From assembly GCA_963822945.1 (NCBI GenBank), contig CAWGJO010000021.1, positions 327,614 through 391,613 on the forward strand: a stretch of DNA of 64,000 nucleotides. Reading direction: 5' to 3'. Source of the stretch: an uncultured Gemmatimonadaceae bacterium (GTDB lineage Bacteria > Gemmatimonadota > Gemmatimonadetes > Gemmatimonadales > Gemmatimonadaceae). The position numbers and the translations under genes were made by a program. The notes below the pieces were generated by a model. That model did not search any database and was not told the DNA's origin. It saw only the letters and a list, made by a program, of their open reading frames with translations. Positions within the stretch are counted from its first letter, which is position 1, and each line of letters begins with the position of its first letter. Shown here one piece after another: positions 48,101-55,736 of the stretch.

Positions 48101-48968
48101 AGACATCAAGGGCATCTGCCACAGCTGGCATACCGCGGTGAGCGTGCAAGAGATGGCCTTCGGCAACCGCACCAATGCCAGCGTGGAGCCGGGGCTGGAC
48201 GAGACCAAGGCGTCGCTCACGGGCGTCATCCCACGCACGTTCCCGACGGACGCGGGCGTGCGAGCATTCGAAGGCGAGATCAAGTTCTCGGCTGCAGGCG
48301 ACGACCTCGTCAGCGGCATGACCTACTCCGATTCCTTCCGGTCCATCGGCGAGCTGGACCAGCTGATGCCGACGCTGGAAACCCGGCTCAAGCACGCCGT
48401 CGCCAAGCTGCGGCGCTTCATGGGCACGGATCAAGAGGTGGAGTTCACGGTGGAGCGTGGCGTGCTCTCCGTGCTGCAAACGCGACGCGCCGAAGCCCGC
48501 CGAGATCAGGCAACGGACCGCTTCTTGGACCCAGGGGATCCCGCCACTCGCGGCTTGGGCGTTCGGGGCGGAGGCTTCCGCGGCATGGTGGCCTTCGACG
48601 ACGCCGACCTAAGCGAGCTATCGGCGGTGGATTTGACCGAGCGGGACGACGTCGACGGCGTACTCTTGGTGATCGAGAACCCCACACCGGCGGACATCCC
48701 GATGATCATCTCCGCGGACGGTCTGCTGACGGCCCGCGGAGGCTCCACCTCGCACGCTGCGGTCGCCATCAACGGTATCGAGAATCGAGACTACTCCGGC
48801 GTCGTGAGCGCCATGAACCTGGACGTGGACGTCGACCGCCACGAAGCAATCATCCGGGGAGATTCGGGTGAGGTGCTGTACCGATTGAAGACGGGCGACG
48901 TGGTCAGCATCCACGGCACCACGGGAGACGTCTACATCGGCTCCCGCCGCATTCAACGCACCAACTGA
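42102..48968 (+). CDS. 2288-aa fusion: HExxH membrane domain, circularly permuted enolase, HD domain, unknown region, PPDK-like ATP-grasp and phospho-His domains
   Basis: HEMGH/AAAGP; enolase C-domain motifs GGRH, QE, EGG, LDPAASE, SIEDG, GDDL, LIK.NQIG, SHRS; then enolase N-domain motifs PTV, GTSAG.GEA, GKG, LGMNAILSVSLA; H...HD...DAD.LD; GAKG, VR.G...SMPG, YRRF, VQ.M.FGN, G.D.VSG, QEVEFT.E, LQTR, GGSTSHAAV; GGAGG RBS. Confidence 0.88.
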   Translation: MSHHARHSQVEGAALQEGWVIANHILVSFHVAFISSVLALPATSILKWEVLKFVFVSPETLVSAVFMGVSFHLGIALHEMGHFLTAARLNALNDSVLPEVKQRLEAPWPSRWLFYLTMIARIPYGAAPGVKREGLNYYPDAPYNLAVAAAGPRASRNVALATLPIAIALLVLGLSSDIVWAIYAGRLLLGIGVVCFLDFRLADPGKYRAFRERELAAADKAKAVGEVSGWLALAAKAKAAMLEGRMQRATHPVLGSVTAPWQFRNSGMGGRHTEKEYPESNVSMQEAMFLILRADGYREAQELTVRLQNRLKEIIEGEEGCRVMGIGLEGGLAPYIDKGDFPLPEMRLWAMMKRAIAECGCRPGEDVAIALDPAASELEIAYREENAVPDAVGSYLFWRDKAKTVLDRDALLEVYVTAIEKYEIPLLSIEDGFSENDHEGWRLLKERLGERLFIIGDDLVTTNDKTIEIAADAGLINCALIKANQIGTLYETLLAMLVALGKNLELVVSHRSKSPNDDMEAHIALAANALGLKAGGGSNTERLVKYQAVSERLLALDEGEQQGGLGEGEQALVRHLRAYEEPTNAGIPTVGATAELTLSGSGVMLALRGATPLGTSAGSGEAIHLVDSTIERAEYREVIERHPALFRDVELGVHAFKKDVDEARIRAENDPELLALFQRARRYGGKGCLNAVESVTHIVAPYFQGKDAASLTLLDLDRALLKLELQTAKRRGKLAEDADEAECVRVMQRKQNLGMNAILSVSLALGRGIARVHGKELFELLREEMMAVIDRVAASHDVAISGGRFEDYVRALAEVAGKAEVPLHQLLRDASGLYGEAPKAAVRRAPKAPNVEQEPEIVAEIVPPHAAAQEVLRAIAERLGNGYEHDVHHGLRHARDLLARAEALATELDVAERVDWRVLAAAVSLHDVAAAETTSHGKAGAERARELLGELPGFSHDAVERVADSIVLHEDKSLTGVDRRKGAGLEAQLLYDADQLDAFGEKGIYRYVAVYSQRNTPLERIAVDARARYQTLSFDVTRAHASRDFDFTMSFVDRLAEQAPADDRMVGAHGVARFIQNHATEDPVNIAELALAELSRAKDDSADYRFAVEYFRALYETYAGRPPAAEERPLPSDEDALLEQLDAELFAALVGKDPPDIAGAIRPYLVAKARLGRWERPFGVVNNRLFLQGDVLVVPYVLGPDMVIHVLEAGTARAPVVHRAPPGTIFTDEYVLGLAGASGTPIDLETPLYVFDPDTTPLTPITRIRQAADLLERVNETTNRNQAVFWLRSLAARLCSLSVKDMLGAKNLQPEIRDLSVQLTRFLNGPLRKRLLVLSRLIVRNLTSLLGKPNVIDRLWNDTIDLAEIHIQGSAIVNELRRTSHHALGKRTLQIAEAYLAYLKNGETGALEALGFAAPSKADVDARKQPENTVILERVIEDLQRLLGTSQIVTRIEEWKETYAEVLLRCEFGKSIEDELATIVSDGIGERNRWVYLHHLRILRDKVDSFRQPADMGSELRAQLDEAVKEKPDAKSFDPGPVTRALEQSVRGFVAELRHAHEEPLFEALGSVIESYRSGRNYEVFDKTRALRGRVVAMIENAGFDEQRDYLCRLEGLLEEMGYLALRHVASRYQEKGVDLAECLQIVRSCTLNLRYDGLFSRELIDFAEMLTDSTRTDDELLNVLENIERVYHRVRQRVTVPYEKMQQRLGLDDHELRLILANMLRYMHDLNSMVHFADIAATTIREQQAKGKVLFGREHELALADVDDPVLHISHRSEIARWIEQRDKSLRDRYGAKGSGLLYISYLNLPTRDGFILPTTYGRAALHRAAPARLRGELEDHLRTLERDIAQRTGVEKRFGGGENPLVLAVRGGSVFSMPGILYTVVFVGMNDEIAERLAQDGPWRAYDSYRRFLASYATAVWNVDLEQYDLVDKAKQRHGVRYKQELPWQAMKEVAEESKQVLRELGLGKELDAILADPFSQLVGAVNAVFDSWETDTAARFRDIKGICHSWHTAVSVQEMAFGNRTNASVEPGLDETKASLTGVIPRTFPTDAGVRAFEGEIKFSAAGDDLVSGMTYSDSFRSIGELDQLMPTLETRLKHAVAKLRRFMGTDQEVEFTVERGVLSVLQTRRAEARRDQATDRFLDPGDPATRGLGVRGGGFRGMVAFDDADLSELSAVDLTERDDVDGVLLVIENPTPADIPMIISADGLLTARGGSTSHAAVAINGIENRDYSGVVSAMNLDVDVDRHEAIIRGDSGEVLYRLKTGDVVSIHGTTGDVYIGSRRIQRTN

Positions 48969-48980
48969 GAGGCCGATCTA

Positions 48981-48996
48981 TTGTCGGTCCGGCGCG
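48981..48996 (-). repeat. Dispersed repeat, copy H (partial)
   Basis: TTGTCGGTCCGGCGCG, 12 nt after the stop of the giant ORF. Confidence 0.55.
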
Positions 48997-49031
48997 AGCA
49001 CGACGCGCGGCGGAGTGAGCCGCAGTTCAGC

Positions 49032-49565
49032 TCACTTTTTGGGTGAAAACTTCCAGCCGTTCTCCGTCCTGAAGAACGGCCGCGCCATCCACGGTGCTTC
49101 TTGTCCGTCGCGTCGCAAGATGGGCCGCACCAGCGCAAACTCTAGATCGCGCGTAATCTTCTCGTTCTCTTCGGTGCGCAGCACCCCACGCTCCACCACC
49201 TCGACGCGCACCACCTCGGTTGGCTTCATTTCCGAGTCGTGGGGCTTGACGAAGTCGCGTAGCGCCGCGTCGAATTCATCACGCTTGATCGGCTTCTTCG
49301 TCAAAGCGCGCATCTCTTCAAACGTGATCGCCAGCTTGGTTGCCGTTTCGGTGTCGCCAGCGAACATGGCTCGATAGAAGCGCAGCGCGACGTCTTCGAT
49401 GTCTCCGTTCTCGCTGGCGGGCAGGGTGGAGGGTGGAGCCGCGTCCATGATTTCGGCGCTCGCCACTGGTTCGGCGACCTCCACCGGTGGCGCCGGACGC
49501 GCGCGGTGCTGCTCGGAACCGCAACCGAACACCAGCAGCAAGCCCAACCAGCACGGGCTGCGCAT
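49032..49565 (-). CDS. Hypothetical lipoprotein
   Basis: Lipobox VFGC; Pro-rich linker; GC3 bias. Confidence 0.7.
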   Translation of the reverse strand: MRSPCWLGLLLVFGCGSEQHRARPAPPVEVAEPVASAEIMDAAPPSTLPASENGDIEDVALRFYRAMFAGDTETATKLAITFEEMRALTKKPIKRDEFDAALRDFVKPHDSEMKPTEVVRVEVVERGVLRTEENEKITRDLEFALVRPILRRDGQEAPWMARPFFRTENGWKFSPKK

Positions 49566-49572
49566 GTTTGAC

Positions 49573-49923
49573 CTACTTCACCGGCCACACGGTGCCGCAG
49601 CGCACCAGCGGCCCGATCATGGCTTTGAAGTAGGTGTTGCTCTGGTCCTTGTGAGGCTTCATCAAGGACTTCCGCTTGGACTCGGACAGGGCCTTCCAGC
49701 GCGTCGTGACCTCGGTGATCTTGGCGGAGTTGGCTTTCTCCCAGTCCATGATGGCGCCCGTCAGCTCGCCGCAATCCGTGTGCTCGCCCGCTAATTTGGC
49801 CTGGGCGCCGAGCAACTCGACTCGGTCCTTGGCCAGGGCCTTTTCTTCGGGGCTGGCGCAGCCGCCGAGAGCGATCGCCGCGAGTAGGGGCAGAGCGAAG
49901 GGGGTTCGAAGATGTGTCGCCAT
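49573..49923 (-). CDS. Hypothetical lipoprotein
   Basis: MATHLRTPFALPLLAAIALGGC; GGAG RBS. Confidence 0.7.
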   Translation of the reverse strand: MATHLRTPFALPLLAAIALGGCASPEEKALAKDRVELLGAQAKLAGEHTDCGELTGAIMDWEKANSAKITEVTTRWKALSESKRKSLMKPHKDQSNTYFKAMIGPLVRCGTVWPVK

Positions 49924-50000
49924 GATGCTGCTCCAAAGAAGTAGTAGGGGCACGGCTTGGCCGCGCCCCTACTACGCCGCGGGCAGGCAATTCTTCCGGC

Positions 50001-50600
50001 TCAACCCCCGGGCTGAAACTTGGCGCGCTGCTCGCGGTTGGAAAGATCCGCGCCCGTACGATAGGGGCGACGATTCGTGTAGGTGATCGTCACCTTGTCG
50101 TTGTCCAGGGTCTGCGGAACCTCGAACAGGATCCAGCCCTTGGTCTTGTCACCCTTGGCCAGGCTGTTCGACTTGAGCGTGGGGCTGCAATTGCTCCCAG
50201 AACGCGTGGTGGCGCGATAGGTCAGTCCTTCGGGCCCCGTGGCCTTGAAATTCGACGTGGAGACCAGGTGGTTCTTTTCGAAATTGCCCTCGAACAGCGC
50301 GAGAGCTCCCACCAGCTTCTGCTTCTTCTTCGATAGGCTTCGGCGGCTGTAGAAGTTGTCGAGTCGACACTCCTTGTACTCCTGGAGGGTGATGGTCACG
50401 CCATCCAGCTTGGCCTCTTCGTTCAGCTTGAACGTCTGGGTGGGCGTCGGGGGCTCGACGGCCTTGGGTTTGGTGGTGGCAGTCGCTGTGACTGCGGGTA
50501 CCGAACTGGTCGTGGATTTCTTCTTCTTGCACGCTAGAAGCGCTAGCCCGACGACGATGATTGCGGGCACGAGCGCCTTGGCCGAAAGCCGGAGTCCCAT
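50001..50600 (-). CDS. Lipoprotein, DUF4352-like Ig fold
   Basis: LLACKKKK; L.KGDKTKGWILFEVP motif; AGGAGG RBS. Confidence 0.7.
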   Translation of the reverse strand: MGLRLSAKALVPAIIVVGLALLACKKKKSTTSSVPAVTATATTKPKAVEPPTPTQTFKLNEEAKLDGVTITLQEYKECRLDNFYSRRSLSKKKQKLVGALALFEGNFEKNHLVSTSNFKATGPEGLTYRATTRSGSNCSPTLKSNSLAKGDKTKGWILFEVPQTLDNDKVTITYTNRRPYRTGADLSNREQRAKFQPGG

Positions 50601-50732
50601 GCTACCTCCTGCGGTTGGAGCGAACTGATCGACTCCGAACCCTAACGGGTGAGGGCGCATAAGAAAACCCCGCGCCGACGCGTGCGGCCCCATCCGGGCG
50701 CCGAAAATATTGCGTGTCCGCCGCGCGCTTGC

Positions 50733-51512
50733 TCAGAACGTCTGGTTGTCGAAGCGAAACAACAAATAGTGAGGCGTACCGGTGGGGTTCACGACGATCG
50801 CGCCATCCGGACCCGAATTGTTGCGATGGACGAGATGCGCGCTGCTCGCGTAGCTGCCGCCGGAGCTGACGGCGAATACCGAGATGGGCGCGCCCACCTC
50901 GATCTCGGCCGCCACCTTGACTACCAGCTCGCTCATGGGGATCGGAACGAACTCCGCGCTGTGCACTTTCAGCATGCCCGGATAGTCGAGGTCCACGTTG
51001 GTGTGCCAGCCCTCGGACCACGGGCTGCCACTGAGCTGAGCGTCGAGCTCGAGGAAGAAGACCTGATCGACGTTGACCACCATGCGATACACGGCGCCGT
51101 TCATCGTCACTTCGATCACCAAGTGGTCGTTGTTCACCAGCGGGCACTGGGTGTCCGACGGCGCGACCAGAGCCAGCACGGTGCCGTCGAGGCGACCAAA
51201 GCTGTCCGTCAGGGCGTCCCCGAAGGTATCGGTGCAGAGCGCCGCTTTGTTGCCGCCGCCAGCCGCGCCGCCAGTGGACGCATCCGGCGGGCCCGCGTCG
51301 AGCTGCGTGCTGCCGGCCGAGCCGCCCGGTCCCGCGCCGGCAAGACCCCCAATCCCACCCGATCCCGACGCGCCACCGCTACCGGCCAGGCCGGCACTGG
51401 CTGCCGCGCCGCCGGAGCCACCCGCCGCGGACTCGGACCCGCCGCAGGCCACCGCAAATGCCCCCACCAGGCTGAGAAACAGCGCTGTTCTGCGATCGGC
51501 GCACCCTTTCAT
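50733..51512 (-). CDS. Hypothetical lipoprotein with Gly-rich linker
   Basis: Lipobox AVAC; Gly/Ala linker; globular C-domain. Confidence 0.72.
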   Translation of the reverse strand: MKGCADRRTALFLSLVGAFAVACGGSESAAGGSGGAAASAGLAGSGGASGSGGIGGLAGAGPGGSAGSTQLDAGPPDASTGGAAGGGNKAALCTDTFGDALTDSFGRLDGTVLALVAPSDTQCPLVNNDHLVIEVTMNGAVYRMVVNVDQVFFLELDAQLSGSPWSEGWHTNVDLDYPGMLKVHSAEFVPIPMSELVVKVAAEIEVGAPISVFAVSSGGSYASSAHLVHRNNSGPDGAIVVNPTGTPHYLLFRFDNQTF

Positions 51513-51607
51513 CGCGGGCGAAGCTAGCGCGAATGCGCGAGAGCGTCATGTCGGGACGGCCTCAGCCGTTGCCGTGCCGCGAAAGCCGTGGCATCCACGA
51601 AAGTCTG

Positions 51608-52171
51608 ATGGGGTCTTTGGAAGTGGATCTGACGAGCTTCGGGGCGGACCAGCTCCGGACCGCCGTACAAACGGCCCTGGAGGGGGCTGGCGGCGGTTCC
51701 CTACCCTCTGTCGACCGGCTGCGTGAAGGCGCCAGTGCCACCCTCGAGAGTCGCGACGCCGAAGTATCCACCTACTTCACGTCGATGCTCGAGATTGGCT
51801 ACCTGATCGCCTCGGCGGACGGGTTTGCCGAAGAGGAGCGCCACGCGCTGGCCAACCTGCTGGAGCAGGTGACGGGCAAGACGGTGGGTCACGACGTGCT
51901 GGAGCTCCACTTCCGCGATCTGGACGACGCGGTGGAGATGCTCGGCCGGCGGGAACGGCTGCGGCGCGCCGCCGAGGATTTCGTGGGGGGCATGGGTGAA
52001 GAAGAAGCGTTGGGCTTCGCGGCCGTGGTCGCCATCGCGGATGGCAAGCTGGCCGAACCGGAGGCGAACGCTCTGCTGGAGCTCGGGGGGCATTTTGGAT
52101 TGACCCCGGAGCGAGTCGCTCAGGTGATCGATGGCATCGTGGCGCGCCTCAAGGCGCAGCTCGAAAACTGA
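51608..52171 (+). CDS. TerB-family protein
   Basis: LIASADG..EEE and VAIADGKLAEPE..L..L...FGL motifs. Confidence 0.8.
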   Translation: MGSLEVDLTSFGADQLRTAVQTALEGAGGGSLPSVDRLREGASATLESRDAEVSTYFTSMLEIGYLIASADGFAEEERHALANLLEQVTGKTVGHDVLELHFRDLDDAVEMLGRRERLRRAAEDFVGGMGEEEALGFAAVVAIADGKLAEPEANALLELGGHFGLTPERVAQVIDGIVARLKAQLEN

Positions 52172-52180
52172 GGCGCGAGG

Positions 52181-52762
52181 ATGAGCTTCATCAATCACAT
52201 GTCCAAAGAGATCAACTGCAAGGTCGTGTATTACGGCCCCGGTCTCTGCGGCAAGACCACGAATTTGCAGTACCTGTTCGAGAAGACGAGCCCAAACGCC
52301 AAGGGCAAGATGATCTCGCTCGCGACGGAAACCGAGCGGACGTTGTTCTTCGACTTCATGCCCATCGACTTGGGCACCGTGAAGGGCTTCAAGATCCGAC
52401 TGCACCTGTACACGGTGCCCGGCCAGGTGTTTTACGACGCGAGTCGCAAGCTGATCTTGAAGGGCGCGGACGGCGTGGTGTTCGTGGCGGACTCCCAGAT
52501 GGAACGGCTGGAAGCCAACCAGGAGAGCGTGGACAACCTGCGCGCCAACCTGATCGAGCACGGCATGAATCTGAGCCAGATTCCCTATGTCGTTCAGTAC
52601 AACAAGCGCGACCTGCCGAATCCGCTGGACGTGGCGGAGCTTCGGGCCGCGGTCAATCCGACGGGGGCGCCGGATTTCGAAGCCAGTGCGCGCACCGGCC
52701 AGGGCGTGTTCGAAACCCTCAAGGGTGTTTCGCGCGGCGTGCTGCAAAAGCTCACGCGCTAG
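52181..52762 (+). CDS. mglA: MglA-family small GTPase
   Basis: MSFIN...[50 protein letters not shown]. Confidence 0.92.
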   Translation: MSFINHMSKEINCKVVYYGPGLCGKTTNLQYLFEKTSPNAKGKMISLATETERTLFFDFMPIDLGTVKGFKIRLHLYTVPGQVFYDASRKLILKGADGVVFVADSQMERLEANQESVDNLRANLIEHGMNLSQIPYVVQYNKRDLPNPLDVAELRAAVNPTGAPDFEASARTGQGVFETLKGVSRGVLQKLTR

Positions 52763-53617
52763 ATGAATCCCGCGCGCGCCGTCACTGGGGACGTCAGCGG
52801 AAAAGTCTGCATCGTCACCGGTGCCAACACGGGCATCGGTGCCGTCACGGCGCGGGAGCTCGCGCATGCCGGCGCCCACGTGTTCTTGGCATGTCGGTCG
52901 CAGGAGCGGACAGCGCCGGTACTGGAGCAAATTGCCGCCGAGTCCGCCAACGCAAAAGCGGAGTTCCTGCCGCTGGATCTGTCGGACCTGAGCAGCGTTC
53001 GCGAGTGCGCCAACGCCTTCCTCGAGCGCGACCTGCCCTTGCACATCTTGATGAACAACGCCGGGATCGCCGGGCAGCGCGGCCTCACCAAGGACGGCTT
53101 CGAGCTCGCCTTCGGCGTGAACCACTTGGGGCACTTCTTGCTGACGAAGCTGCTCTTGGAGCGCCTCGAGGAGTCGGCACCCGCGCGCATCGTGATCGTA
53201 TCCAGCGGCAACCACTACAAGGTGGACGGCATCGACTTGGACGCCGTGCGCCAGCCCACCAAGAGCGTTTCTGGTCTGCCGGAATATAGCGCCAGCAAGC
53301 TGGCCAACGTACTCCACGCCAAGGAGCTGGCGCGCCGCCTGCCACCGAATGTGACGACCTACGCACTGCACCCGGGCGTGGTCGCTTCGGACGTGTGGCG
53401 CCGAGTTCCCTGGCCGGTGCGCTCGCTCATGAAGCTGTTCATGATCACGAACGAGGAGGGCGCGCGCACGTCCCTGTACTGCGCCACGAGCCCGGAGCTG
53501 GCGAGCGAGAGCGGCAAGTACTACGACGGCTGCCGCGAGAAGCGCCCCAACCGCGTCGCCAACGACGAGAGCTTGGCCCGCGAGCTGTGGGACAAGAGCG
53601 AGGCCTGGACGAGCTGA
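52763..53617 (+). CDS. Short-chain dehydrogenase (retinol dehydrogenase-like)
   Basis: TGANTGIG, NNAG, NHLGHF, YSASK, HPG. Confidence 0.92.
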   Translation: MNPARAVTGDVSGKVCIVTGANTGIGAVTARELAHAGAHVFLACRSQERTAPVLEQIAAESANAKAEFLPLDLSDLSSVRECANAFLERDLPLHILMNNAGIAGQRGLTKDGFELAFGVNHLGHFLLTKLLLERLEESAPARIVIVSSGNHYKVDGIDLDAVRQPTKSVSGLPEYSASKLANVLHAKELARRLPPNVTTYALHPGVVASDVWRRVPWPVRSLMKLFMITNEEGARTSLYCATSPELASESGKYYDGCREKRPNRVANDESLARELWDKSEAWTS

Positions 53618-53691
53618 GCCCACATTTGTGGGACTGCGGACGCGATTGCCTGATCGTCAGCGACGCGGGACACTGATGAGGGTGCGTCGAC

Positions 53692-55110
53692 ATGACTAAG
53701 ACGGTTTGGATCGCTGTCGTCTCGCTCTTGGGGCTGGTCGCCTTCGCCTGTGCCAGCTCGGAGGAGGACGGCGGTCCGCCGGGCAGCGGCGGAGCCCAAA
53801 GCGACGCGGGTAGCGATGGCAGCGGAGGCTCCGGCCTGGGCAGCTCCACCTTCCCCAGCTGCAGCGACGGCAAGAAGGGGCAAAGCGAGACGGACGTGGA
53901 TTGCGGCGGCGGCTGCCCGCCATGCGACGACAATCTCCACTGCGAAACCGCGGAGGACTGCAAGATCGGAATTTGCTTCGGCAACGTTTGTGGCGGCTGC
54001 GACGCGACCAGCCAGTGCCCGACGGATCTGCAGTGCATTGCTCACTTGTGTCAGCCATGCACGAACAACTCCCAATGCGCCGCCGGCGAAGCCTGCGTGA
54101 ACGGCAAGTGCGGCACCTGCGGCGGAGCCCAGGCGTGCGCCTCGGGCCAGGCTTGTGTCAACGGCACCTGCGGCCCGTGCACGCAGTTGGAAGACTGCGG
54201 CGGAGGGATGATCTGCACCAGCGGCGTGTGCGGCCCCTGCGGGAATTCGTCCCAGTGCGCGCCGGGGCAGATCTGCGAAGGCGGCGCTTGCGGGCCGTGC
54301 GCGGATGCTTCGCAGTGCGACACCGGTCAGACTTGCAAGAACGGAAAGTGTGGCCCGTGCAGCACCAATGCCGATTGCGGCGGAGGAGAAGCGTGCGTCG
54401 GGGGTGCCTGCGGCGCCTGCACGTCGGCCGGCCAGTGTGAGGGGGACGAGGGCTGCGTGAGTGGGGCGTGCGGCGCCTGCACGCTAACCTCCCAGTGCGA
54501 GAGCGGGGAAGTTTGCGACTTCGGTCGTTGCCTGGCAGGCACCGAGGTGCAGATGTACCAGTGTCCCGGCGTCACCTCGCTGGGTGGCGGCTCCTGGGGT
54601 TTCTACGGCTGCCAAAACCAGATCGCCAGCACCAGCACCTGCCACGAGATCGAGTACCCCACCCAGAAGGATTTCCCCTGCACTCCGGTGGGCAAGCTCG
54701 CGCTGGTGACGGCTTCGGCGCCGGCGGCTCCAGGCACGTCGCAGGTGCAGATGTACCAGTGCCCCGGCATCACCTCGCTGGGTGGCGGCTCCTGGGCCTA
54801 CTACGCCTGCCAGGGCCAGCTCTCCAGCACCGCCACCTGCCACGAGATCGAGTACCCCACCCAGAAGGACTTCCCCTGCACTCCGGTGGGCAAGATGTCC
54901 TTGGCGGCCTCGCCTCCGGCGCCGCCACCCGGGGGCAAGGTCGTGCCCATGTATCAGTGCCCCGGCGTCACTTCCCTCGGCGGCGGCTCTTGGGCCTTCT
55001 ACGGCTGCCAGAGTCAGCTCGCCAGCACGCCGACCTGCCACGAGATCGAGTACCCCACTCAGAAGGACTTCCCCTGCACGCCCGCGGGGTCGATGGTCCT
55101 CGGCCCTTAG
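53692..55110 (+). CDS. Cys-rich repeat lipoprotein
   Basis: Lipobox AFAC; CSDG..ETDVDCGG motif; nine 20-aa Cys repeats; three 66-aa-period C-terminal repeats. Confidence 0.82.
   Translation: MTKTVWIAVVSLLGLVAFACASSEEDGGPPGSGGAQSDAGSDGSGGSGLGSSTFPSCSDGKKGQSETDVDCGGGCPPCDDNLHCETAEDCKIGICFGNVCGGCDATSQCPTDLQCIAHLCQPCTNNSQCAAGEACVNGKCGTCGGAQACASGQACVNGTCGPCTQLEDCGGGMICTSGVCGPCGNSSQCAPGQICEGGACGPCADASQCDTGQTCKNGKCGPCSTNADCGGGEACVGGACGACTSAGQCEGDEGCVSGACGACTLTSQCESGEVCDFGRCLAGTEVQMYQCPGVTSLGGGSWGFYGCQNQIASTSTCHEIEYPTQKDFPCTPVGKLALVTASAPAAPGTSQVQMYQCPGITSLGGGSWAYYACQGQLSSTATCHEIEYPTQKDFPCTPVGKMSLAASPPAPPPGGKVVPMYQCPGVTSLGGGSWAFYGCQSQLASTPTCHEIEYPTQKDFPCTPAGSMVLGP
53989..54528 (+). repeat. Nine 60-nt coding repeats (CxxCx5Cx5Cx4)
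   Basis: CGPCADASQCDTGQTCKNGK-type units in exact 20-aa register. Confidence 0.8.
54547..55100 (+). repeat. Three near-identical coding repeats, 198-nt period
   Basis: Units begin at 54547, 54745, 54943: MYQCPG.TSLGGGSW..Y.CQ.Q..ST.TCHEIEYPTQKDFPCTP.G. Confidence 0.9.
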
Positions 55111-55553
55111 AAGCGGAACTTCGTGTGACAGTCGGTGCAGCCCTCGAGCACCCGTCCCAGCTCGCGGGTGGCTCCGGGCAAATCCCTCGCCTTGGCAGCG
55201 TTCATCAGCTCGACGAGGCGCCCATGGAACTCCGCGTCTTGTTTCTCGAACTGGTCGATGTCGGCTGAGTTCTTGGGCGGATGGTAGCGGCCGCTCTTCA
55301 ACGCCTTCTCGGTGATCTCGCGCGCGCCGTGCACCTCTTTGATGCCCTCGGGGATGGCGGCCAGATTGTTGTTCGCGATGGCAGTGACCCAGCCCTTCGT
55401 CGCTTCGTGCAGCACGCGCATCTCGCTCTTGACGGGGTTGGCCTCCACCGGCGGTGAGGAGGGAGCCGAGGTTGGCTGGCTTGTGCTGGCCGCATCGTTC
55501 TTGCAACCGAACAGCAGGCCCGTGGCCAGCAGGGTGATTAGCGCAGCCCTCAT
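55107..55553 (-). CDS. Cytochrome c'-like (class II) lipoprotein
   Basis: Lipobox LFGC; helical body; single C-terminal CTDCH followed by KFRF. Confidence 0.8.
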   Translation of the reverse strand: MRAALITLLATGLLFGCKNDAASTSQPTSAPSSPPVEANPVKSEMRVLHEATKGWVTAIANNNLAAIPEGIKEVHGAREITEKALKSGRYHPPKNSADIDQFEKQDAEFHGRLVELMNAAKARDLPGATRELGRVLEGCTDCHTKFRF

Positions 55554-55736
55554 GACGGTTCTCCCTCGACTCAAGGGTAGCTCCGAGTGCCCGGCGTCAG
55601 CGCGTTCCAAGGACGCTCTCATGACGGCGCGCATTTCGCGCCGCCCCCCGGAGAGGGCTTGGCATCCGGGGCATTTTCAGCAAGAAATCAACCGTTTCGA
55701 GCGTTGGCGGCCGCTCACGCTATGCTCCGCGGACTC

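Noticed and set aside
51701..53623. 640-aa minus-strand ORF
   Set aside because: Antisense shadow of terB, mglA and the SDR
53989..55100. Multiheme cytochrome or ferredoxin in the Cys-rich lipoprotein
   Set aside because: CxxC units are not followed by His, and TCHE lacks the first Cys; the pattern fits disulfide-bonded repeats
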